This document shows, piece after piece, positions 44,280 through 52,021 of a stretch of DNA of 64,000 bases. The notes under the pieces are model-generated. The model searched no databases, was not told where the DNA came from, and saw only the letters and a program-made list of their open reading frames with translations. The position numbers and the translations under genes are program-made. Source of the stretch: Escherichia coli (GTDB taxonomy: Bacteria > Pseudomonadota > Gammaproteobacteria > Enterobacterales > Enterobacteriaceae); assembly GCF_003334335.1 (NCBI RefSeq), contig NZ_QOWQ01000006.1; one strand, written 5' to 3'. Within the stretch, counting starts at the first letter, position 1. Every line of letters begins with the position of its first letter.

Positions 44280-45355
44280 ATGTTTTCAGCCGCTATTTAA
44301 TCCGTCATCTCTTTCTCGGTTTTGCCGCCGCCGCAGGGCTATTGCTGCCGCTTTTTACCACCTTCAACCTGATTAACGAACTGGATGATGTCAGCCCGGG
44401 CGGTTATCGCTGGACTCAGGCGGTGCTGGTGGTGCTAATGACCTTACCGCGCACACTGGTCGAACTTTCGCCATTTATCGCCTTATTGGGAGGGATTGTC
44501 GGCCTGGGGCAGTTATCGAAAAACAGTGAGCTTACCGCCATTCGCAGCATGGGGTTTTCTATCTTCCGTATTGCACTGGTGGCGCTGGTTGCAGGGATAT
44601 TGTGGACTGTTTCGTTAGGCGCGATAGATGAGTGGGTAGCGTCGCCATTACAGCAACAGGCGTTGCAAATCAAATCGACCGCCACCGCGTTGGGGGAGGA
44701 CGATGACATTACCGGCAATATGCTGTGGGCCAGGCGTGGTAATGAATTTGTGACGGTGAAATCGCTGAACGAGCAGGGCCAGCCGGTGGGCGTGGAGATT
44801 TTTCATTATCGCGACGATCTCTCGCTCGAATCCTACATTTATGCACGCAGTGCCACCATTGAAGACGACAAAACGTGGATCCTGCATGGTGTGAATCATA
44901 AAAAATGGCTGAATGGCAAAGAAACGCTGGAAACATTAGATAATCTTGCCTGGCAATCGGCCTTCACCAGTATGGATCTTGAAGAGTTATCAATGCCGGG
45001 CAATACTTTTTCTGTCCGTCAGCTTAATCATTACATCCATTATTTGCAGGAAACCGGGCAACCCAGCAGCGAATACCGCCTTGCACTGTGGGAAAAACTG
45101 GGGCAACCCATCCTGACCCTGGCGATGATTTTGCTGGCTGTGCCGTTTACCTTTAGCGCCCCGCGCTCGCCAGGGATGGGTAGCCGTCTCGCTGTAGGTG
45201 TCATCGTTGGCTTACTCACCTGGATCAGCTATCAAATCATGGTCAATCTGGGATTGCTATTTGCGTTGAGCGCACCTGTTACCGCGCTCGGTTTACCGAT
45301 AGCGTTTGTGCTGGTGGCGTTGAGCCTGGTGTATTGGTATGACAGACAACATTAA
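44276..45355 (+). CDS. LptF/LptG-family (YjgP/YjgQ) permease, second of pair
   Basis: Start at MNVFSRYLIRHLFLGF via ATGA overlap with the upstream stop; LptG-like motifs (ELTAIRSMGFS, RSPGMGSRLAVG); the track ORF is extended 27 codons upstream. Confidence 0.75.
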   Translation: MNVFSRYLIRHLFLGFAAAAGLLLPLFTTFNLINELDDVSPGGYRWTQAVLVVLMTLPRTLVELSPFIALLGGIVGLGQLSKNSELTAIRSMGFSIFRIALVALVAGILWTVSLGAIDEWVASPLQQQALQIKSTATALGEDDDITGNMLWARRGNEFVTVKSLNEQGQPVGVEIFHYRDDLSLESYIYARSATIEDDKTWILHGVNHKKWLNGKETLETLDNLAWQSAFTSMDLEELSMPGNTFSVRQLNHYIHYLQETGQPSSEYRLALWEKLGQPILTLAMILLAVPFTFSAPRSPGMGSRLAVGVIVGLLTWISYQIMVNLGLLFALSAPVTALGLPIAFVLVALSLVYWYDRQH

Positions 45356-45356
45356 A

Positions 45357-45383
45357 CCCGCCGTGGCGCAACACCACGGCGGG
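45357..45383. terminator. bidirectional hairpin between the permease operon and the SPT-like gene
   Basis: cccgccgtgg-cgcaaca-ccacggcggg inverted repeat. Confidence 0.6.
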
Positions 45384-45459
45384 CTCACATTACTGCTTCA
45401 GAGTAGCAAATGCCTGAATGATGGCATCGATTTGCTCACGACTGTGAGCAGCGTTTACG

Positions 45460-46569
45460 CTACAGCGCAGCAGCGTGATGCCTGCAGGCGCGGCAGGTGG
45501 CAGGTGGCAGGATAAGATTCACATAAACGCCCAGCGAAATAAGCTCGCGCCAGATGCGTAAACCGTCCTCTTTCGAACCGATTATTACCGGCACTACCGG
45601 GCTAATATGTGAACTTAACTCATAACCCAGTTTTTGCAGACCGTCATACAGATGGTTGGCATTATCCATCAGCTTTTGCCGCAGCTCTGGTTGTGTGGCA
45701 ATAGTTCTTAACGACGAGCGCACGGTCGCAATGCAGGACGGAGAAGGAGAGGCGGTAAAAATATACGGGCGGCTGCCGTAGCGCAGCACTTCCATCGCTT
45801 CCGAACCGACAGCAAAACCGCCAATCGAGGCCAGACTTTTACTGAAGGTGCCAACGATAATATCCACATCATCTTCAACGCCGACAGCTTCAGCCAGTCC
45901 GCGCCCCGTTGCGCCTAACACGCCAAACGAATGCGCTTCATCGACAATCAAATAACCACCGAGACGACGTTTGATATCAACAATTTCCGCTAACGGCGCA
46001 ACGTCACCGAGCATGCTGTAGATACCCTCAACGATGATAATCGCCTCTTTCGCCCGTTCACCGAGGCGAACCATGCGCCGTTCCAGATCTTTAGCATCGT
46101 TATGGCGGAAACGAATAATTTCCGCGCCACCGAGAGAACAGGCGTCATAAATACTGGCGTGGCTGTCGGCATCCAGTAACACCACGGCGTTATGGTCGGC
46201 AAGTGCGCTGATGACGCCTAAATTAGCGGTATAACCGGTTGAAAAAACGATAGCGGTAGGGCGATTGAAAAACTCGGCAATCTCTTTCTCTAACGCCAGG
46301 TGCGGCGCATAACTGCCGTTTGCCATACGAGAACCGGTGGTGCCGGTACCTTGGGCCGCTAACGCGGCCTGACCTTCGCTGATGGCATCATGATTAAAGG
46401 TTAAACCGAGATAATTATTGGTCCCGGCCAGAATCACTTTTTTATTGCCGATCCGGCCTTCGGTGGCGGAATACACTTCATCAATACAGGTGCCAAACGG
46501 TGTTAACCCGTTGTCACTAAATTGCAGTCGCTCGCCAGCAAGGCGCGCATATTTATCGTATAGCCCCAT
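45460..46569 (-). CDS. serine palmitoyltransferase-like alpha-oxoamine synthase (PLP-dependent), 3' end apparently frameshifted
   Basis: 369-aa ORF with GTFSKS PLP-lysine motif and class-II aminotransferase fold; C-terminus TCRACRHHAAAL is atypical, and an alternative frame restores a canonical end at the TAA at 45390-45392. Confidence 0.8.
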   Translation of the reverse strand: MGLYDKYARLAGERLQFSDNGLTPFGTCIDEVYSATEGRIGNKKVILAGTNNYLGLTFNHDAISEGQAALAAQGTGTTGSRMANGSYAPHLALEKEIAEFFNRPTAIVFSTGYTANLGVISALADHNAVVLLDADSHASIYDACSLGGAEIIRFRHNDAKDLERRMVRLGERAKEAIIIVEGIYSMLGDVAPLAEIVDIKRRLGGYLIVDEAHSFGVLGATGRGLAEAVGVEDDVDIIVGTFSKSLASIGGFAVGSEAMEVLRYGSRPYIFTASPSPSCIATVRSSLRTIATQPELRQKLMDNANHLYDGLQKLGYELSSHISPVVPVIIGSKEDGLRIWRELISLGVYVNLILPPATCRACRHHAAAL

Positions 46570-46817
46570 TATTTATTCTCCAGCCATGGAAGTAGAGTTT
46601 CCATTAATTGCGCAGGGGTTTTGACATCCAGCAGAATATTAATAGGAATGGAAATATCGAATCTGTCTTCCAGCATCATTAAGAGATCCATCACTTTGAT
46701 CGACTCCAGGCCAAGATCGTTGACGAGATCGCTGTCGGGCTTAATTTCCACACCGTTTTCGACCAAATCCTGTAAACAGGAAAGGATGTAATCCATTACT
46801 ATTTCACGATTTACCAT
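46569..46817 (-). CDS. acyl carrier protein (phosphopantetheine-binding)
   Basis: 82-aa acidic ORF with DLGLESIKVMDL Ser-attachment motif; 1-nt overlap with the downstream SPT-like start. Confidence 0.8.
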   Translation of the reverse strand: MVNREIVMDYILSCLQDLVENGVEIKPDSDLVNDLGLESIKVMDLLMMLEDRFDISIPINILLDVKTPAQLMETLLPWLENK

Positions 46818-46848
46818 AGAAACGTTAACACACCTTTAAACAAGACAA

Positions 46849-47763
46849 TCAAAATAGCCCGTTGCGTAATGCGTGTTCCAGGCTAATCCCGGGAAACCAA
46901 TTAATATCTTCAGAAATACGGTTATTACTTGCCGACCAGTCGGCGTGGGTTAATTCACGAATTTTCGAGCGGGTCAGCATAGGTTCTTTACCTGCCAGGC
47001 GACTCAACGCGGTACTGATATCCGCAAGGCCGGTGAGTACCGGCAGAGGAATGCCAACCATTCGCACGGAACCGCAACGGGCGTCGGCGGCAAGTTGCTG
47101 TACGCGTTGCCAGTCATAGCCGCCGGCGACGCCATCGCATAATTCATAGGTTTGCGTCTGTATAGTTTCGGCGCTTAACCACTGACCCACTGCTTGCGCG
47201 AAATCGGTGACGTGCAGAAAAGAGAGCTGTGTATCTGGCGCACCAAGTCGTGGCAGCAGGCCGCGCAGCATCCAGTCAAACAGCGGTTTTAACTCTTTAT
47301 CGCCGGGACCATACACGGCTGTCGGGCGAAAAACGCCCAGCGTAATTTCGTCCGCCATTGCTGCCAGTCGTTGCTCGGCGACGTATTTGGATTTTGCATA
47401 CCAGGAGAGCTCGGGATGGCGCGCCGCCAGCGAAGAGATAAACAGAAAACGTTGGCAAAAGCCGCTCTCTTTTGCTGCTTGCATCAGGCGCAGGCTGCCG
47501 TCAACGTTACAGCGGGTGAAAATCTCTTCTTTGTGCCCGCGCACTTGCCCGGCGCAATGGACCACTACGCTGGCTCCGGCAACCAGCTCGCTAAGTGAAT
47601 GAGTATCTTCCAGCGAACCGCGCACCCAGGTGAGATTATCATTGACGTGAGCGCGGGCAGTACGCGTCAATGCGCGAACGTGAAAGCCGCGGGCGAGCAG
47701 GTTATCGATAATATATTTACCGATAAACCCGGTAGCGCCCGTCACCGCGACAGTTTGATTCAT
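46849..47763 (-). CDS. NAD(P)-dependent epimerase/dehydratase-family reductase (candidate 3-ketosphinganine/ceramide reductase)
   Basis: 304-aa ORF with VTGATGFIGKYI Rossmann motif and YAKSK catalytic dyad; 4-nt overlap with the upstream adenylase gene. Confidence 0.8.
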   Translation of the reverse strand: MNQTVAVTGATGFIGKYIIDNLLARGFHVRALTRTARAHVNDNLTWVRGSLEDTHSLSELVAGASVVVHCAGQVRGHKEEIFTRCNVDGSLRLMQAAKESGFCQRFLFISSLAARHPELSWYAKSKYVAEQRLAAMADEITLGVFRPTAVYGPGDKELKPLFDWMLRGLLPRLGAPDTQLSFLHVTDFAQAVGQWLSAETIQTQTYELCDGVAGGYDWQRVQQLAADARCGSVRMVGIPLPVLTGLADISTALSRLAGKEPMLTRSKIRELTHADWSASNNRISEDINWFPGISLEHALRNGLF

Positions 47764-49481
47764 GCCAGGGATTCCTGCACATTAAGACTGGCAGCATAAG
47801 CCTTCTGATAACGTTTTTTCGCTTCCGCACGGGCAGGCTTGCCGGAGGACGTTCGGGGAATACTGTGGGGCGGCAACAGATCGATAGCCGCGGTCACGCC
47901 AAATTCGCTTTGGATCCGTGCCGCCAGCGCGTGGATAAGCTGCCCGCGACGTTCTTCGTCGCTGATCCGACACTGGATCTGCAAAATGATTTTTTCCTGG
48001 GCGGTAACAAAAGCAATCGCATCGCCAGAATGAATTTCCGGTTCCTGTTCCGCTATATATTCAATATCCTGCGGCCAGATATTACGGCCACGAATAATAA
48101 TCAGATCTTTAATGCGTCCGGTGACATACAGATAACCGTCCAGCAGATAACCGAGGTCGCCGGTGTCTAACCAGCCCGTCGCGGCAATCTCGTCTTGCGA
48201 AACCTGGTCGCCAAAGTAACCGCTCATCAGACTGGGACCGGAGATGCAAATATGGCCTACCACACGTTCCGCGACCGGCATACCTGCTTCATTGCGGATT
48301 TCAATACCATGTTCCGGCAACGCTTTGCCGCAGTTGACGAAAGTCGATACGGCGCGTGTCTCTGCACCCGGCGCGACGGCTTTACCCTGATATTCGAGGA
48401 TGTCGCGATCCACTTCGTTAACCACAACCCCGGAGGCTTCATCAGAGAAGCTGACAGCCAGCGCATTTTCTGCCAGTCCGTAGCACGGCATGAAAGTTTT
48501 ATTGTCAAAGTTAACCTGACGGAAACATTCAGCGAATTGATGGAGTTGTTCTGCGGAGATGGGTTCTGCACCAATACCAGCGACGCGCCAGCAGGAAAGA
48601 TCCAGTTCAGCGAGATCTTTTTCATTCACGCGGCGCTGGCACAATTCATAGCCAAACGGCGGCGCAACGGAAACGGTGCCGCGATTTTTACTGATCAATT
48701 TAAGCCATTGCAGAGGACGCATGGCAAAATCCTGAGTGCGCAAATAATCTACTGAAAGCTGCGTGGCGACGGGGGTCAGGAGAAAGCCGACCAGTCCCAT
48801 ATCATGGTAGAAAGGCAGCCAGGAGACGCAGCGGTCGCCAGGGCGTAATTTAATGCCGTCGTGGCTTATAGCACGTAGATTAGCCATCACTTCGCGATGG
48901 GTGATAATGACGCCACGGGGAAAACGGGTGCTGCCGGAGGTGTACTGGAGGTAGGCGATATCGTTCGGAACTGGACGCTGGAGCGCAACATCGGCTTCCG
49001 GTAATGCCTTAAACCAGGCGTGGCTTAAAACATGTAATTCGGGGTTGTCATGCGTCGCGGCATTGACCAGTGGCAACCACTCATCACCAGTGATAATGGC
49101 TGCGGGCTGGCAACTTGCCAGTAAACCCTGCAATTTGGCGCTCCAGGAATCCCGCTGACCAACGCCCATTGGAATCGCCAACGGGACGGCGACTAAGCCG
49201 GCATACTGGCAGGCAAAAAAAGCCTCTACGAACTCGCTACTTGTTTCGGCAATCAGTGCCACGCGATCGCCTTTTTTCAGGTTCAGCGATAACAACCGCT
49301 TCGCACCAGCTTCGGCACGTGCTTTTAACGTCTGATATTCCAGTTGATCTTCAAGTTGGCAACGTCTGTCATAAAAATTCATTCCGGCGCTACTCAGAGC
49401 GGCGTAGTCCAAAGCATCAACAAGCGTTGGAAAATCGGCATAGCGCATAGGTAGGGAATGCGTAAAGATTTTATTAGACAT
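47760..49481 (-). CDS. fatty acyl-AMP ligase / acyl-ACP synthetase-like adenylating enzyme
   Basis: About 573 aa with AMP-binding core YTSGSTRFPRGV and TGDLGY motif; start uncertain (track starts at GTG 49490, ATG at 49481). Confidence 0.8.
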   Translation of the reverse strand: MSNKIFTHSLPMRYADFPTLVDALDYAALSSAGMNFYDRRCQLEDQLEYQTLKARAEAGAKRLLSLNLKKGDRVALIAETSSEFVEAFFACQYAGLVAVPLAIPMGVGQRDSWSAKLQGLLASCQPAAIITGDEWLPLVNAATHDNPELHVLSHAWFKALPEADVALQRPVPNDIAYLQYTSGSTRFPRGVIITHREVMANLRAISHDGIKLRPGDRCVSWLPFYHDMGLVGFLLTPVATQLSVDYLRTQDFAMRPLQWLKLISKNRGTVSVAPPFGYELCQRRVNEKDLAELDLSCWRVAGIGAEPISAEQLHQFAECFRQVNFDNKTFMPCYGLAENALAVSFSDEASGVVVNEVDRDILEYQGKAVAPGAETRAVSTFVNCGKALPEHGIEIRNEAGMPVAERVVGHICISGPSLMSGYFGDQVSQDEIAATGWLDTGDLGYLLDGYLYVTGRIKDLIIIRGRNIWPQDIEYIAEQEPEIHSGDAIAFVTAQEKIILQIQCRISDEERRGQLIHALAARIQSEFGVTAAIDLLPPHSIPRTSSGKPARAEAKKRYQKAYAASLNVQESLA

Positions 49482-49857
49482 ATACACCACGAAAAAATTG
49501 GATATCCAAAATAAAATGACAATAATGCGGTGGATTATATAGGCATAAAAGATAAATGAGATAGTATTTTCATCAGTGTGAAAATGAACATTGATTTAAA
49601 TAATGAGTTTGAGTTTTTTTGTTTTTATTGTGAATGATATTTAATTTATGAATATATTAAGAAGAAGCCTTGTCCGGTCGCCTTAAATCGACAAAAGGCA
49701 TTGTGGCGCTTCTGTGTAGTCTCTGACCTTATCGTAATCATTAATAAATACTATTTATTCGTCGTTTGTATTCATTGGGTTGATTATTAAGGTGCCGTTC
49801 GTTGCTGTTGCAACCTGTTTGTCACCGTTAATTATTTGTTACCCACAGAACAGAACT

Positions 49858-51000
49858 ATGGAATGCGATCTGCTGATGATTAAAATTGAAAAAGTAATTA
49901 ATAAAAATGACCTTAAGGCATTTATCGCTTTTCCGTCATCACTTTATCCCGACGATCCAAACTGGATACCCCCTTTATTCATTGAACGCAACGAGCATTT
50001 GTCTGCGAAAAATCCGGGGACGGACCATATCATCTGGCAGGCGTGGGTAGCAAAAAAAGCGGGGCAGATAGTTGGGCGTATTACCGCGCAAATAGATACC
50101 TTGCACCGCGAGCGTTACGGCAAAGATACCGGTCATTTCGGCATGATTGACGCCATTGATGATCCGCAGGTTTTTGCCGCGTTGTTTGGCGCAGCGGAAG
50201 CGTGGTTGAAGTCACAAGGTGCAAGTAAGATCAGCGGTCCTTTCAGCCTGAATATCAATCAGGAAAGCGGATTACTGATTGAAGGTTTTGACACACCACC
50301 CTGTGCGATGATGCCACACGGCAAACCGTGGTATGCCGCGCATATTGAACAACTGGGTTATCACAAAGGCATTGATTTACTGGCGTGGTGGATGCAGCGA
50401 ACCGATCTCACTTTCTCTCCGGCGCTAAAAAAACTGATGGATCAGGTGCGCAAAAAGGTGACCATTCGCTGCATCAATCGTCAGCGGTTTGCCGAAGAGA
50501 TGCAGATCCTGCGTGAGATTTTCAACTCTGGCTGGCAGCACAACTGGGGATTTGTGCCGTTTACCGAACATGAATTCGCGACCATGGGCGATCAACTTAA
50601 ATATCTGGTGCCGGACGATATGATCTATATCGCTGAGATTGATTCTGCACCCTGCGCGTTTATTGTCGGCTTGCCGAACATCAACGAGGCGATTGCCGAT
50701 CTGAACGGATCGCTCTTTCCCTTCGGCTGGGCAAAATTGCTGTGGCGTTTGAAAGTCAGCGGTGTGCGAACTGCGCGAGTACCGCTGATGGGCGTGCGCG
50801 ACGAGTATCAGTTCAGCCGCATCGGCCCGGTGATTGCGCTGTTATTGATTGAAGCCTTACGCGATCCGTTTGCCCGCCGGAAGATCGATGCGCTGGAGAT
50901 GTCATGGATCCTCGAAACCAATACAGGCATGAATAACATGCTGGAACGCATTGGGGCGGAGCCGTACAAGCGTTACCGATTGTATGAAAAGCAGATTTAA
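49858..51000 (+). CDS. yghO: YghO, intact (candidate N-acyltransferase; pseudogene in K-12)
   Basis: About 380 aa from MECDLLMIKIEK (track ORF starts at TTG 49780); divergent from the lipid operon; start uncertain. Confidence 0.7.
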   Translation: MECDLLMIKIEKVINKNDLKAFIAFPSSLYPDDPNWIPPLFIERNEHLSAKNPGTDHIIWQAWVAKKAGQIVGRITAQIDTLHRERYGKDTGHFGMIDAIDDPQVFAALFGAAEAWLKSQGASKISGPFSLNINQESGLLIEGFDTPPCAMMPHGKPWYAAHIEQLGYHKGIDLLAWWMQRTDLTFSPALKKLMDQVRKKVTIRCINRQRFAEEMQILREIFNSGWQHNWGFVPFTEHEFATMGDQLKYLVPDDMIYIAEIDSAPCAFIVGLPNINEAIADLNGSLFPFGWAKLLWRLKVSGVRTARVPLMGVRDEYQFSRIGPVIALLLIEALRDPFARRKIDALEMSWILETNTGMNNMLERIGAEPYKRYRLYEKQI

Positions 51001-51006
51001 TACCAG

Positions 51007-51771
51007 CTAACTCAGGTTCATCTCCAGCGGCACCGCCGAGCGAATCAAATGGTGGCCTTCCAGCTCGATATCGTGGAGATTCTTTTTCACGGTCCGCACA
51101 TGATCGCGTGCTGCGCGCTGGGCGACGTGCGGCAGCCGCTGCAACACCGCGTTGTAGATCCGCGCATGCTGGCGATCGATCTGCTTTTTTTGCTGTGGTC
51201 GATGGTAGAGATTATTTACGCTGGCAAACACTGAATTAAACATCAGATCGGTCAATGATTGCAGCGTAAACACCAGCACCTGATTGTGAGAAGCCTGACA
51301 AATGGCGAGATGGAAAGCGTGATCCAACTGCGCATGTTCGATCAGCGAAATCTCTTTGTTGTTCTCACTGGCGGCGAGCATTTTTTCATAACAGCGGGTT
51401 ATCACAACAAAATCAGCCTGCGTTCCCAGCGTTGCCGCCAGCCTTGCCGATTCGCCCTCCAGTAATGCGCGAACGTCGAGCAGATCGTACAGCGTTCGCG
51501 GCTGCGTACTGAACAGATGGATCAGCGGGCTGGTGTCCTGCACCCGATTAAGCCGTGCGACACGAGAATCGCGACCCTGCGCCGTTTCAATAATCCCGCG
51601 CCCGCGCAGCACGGTCAGCCCTTCACGCAGTGCGGAGCGTGAGAAGCCGAGCTTTTCACACAGTCGACGTTCCGAGGGAAGCGGCTGACCGACCTTCAGT
51701 ACGCCGTCGATAATTAACCGTTCGATACTCTCTGCAACCACTTCGCAAATAGGGCGACGTTCATCTTTCAT
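51007..51771 (-). CDS. glcC: GntR/FadR-family glycolate-responsive activator GlcC
   Basis: Start at MKDERRPICEVVAESIERLI (254 aa); the track ORF is 20 codons longer. Confidence 0.93.
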   Translation of the reverse strand: MKDERRPICEVVAESIERLIIDGVLKVGQPLPSERRLCEKLGFSRSALREGLTVLRGRGIIETAQGRDSRVARLNRVQDTSPLIHLFSTQPRTLYDLLDVRALLEGESARLAATLGTQADFVVITRCYEKMLAASENNKEISLIEHAQLDHAFHLAICQASHNQVLVFTLQSLTDLMFNSVFASVNNLYHRPQQKKQIDRQHARIYNAVLQRLPHVAQRAARDHVRTVKKNLHDIELEGHHLIRSAVPLEMNLS

Positions 51772-52021
51772 TCCCGGACCTCGTGCACAGGTAGGACCAA
51801 TTTTTCTGTTCTTAACTCGCAAAACACGCACATCACGTAAGTGATTATGTTACATCAATTTAACATTGAGTTAACCAAGACAAGGTCACAGAGCTGGAAA
51901 AAAAATGGTCTGACCGGTAGCTAAAGAGATAGACGAAAACGAAAAGCCCGCTTAATAACTGTTCACAGAAGCAGCGCGCAAAAATCAGCTGCCACACAAC
52001 ACAACAAAGCGAAGCCTACTC

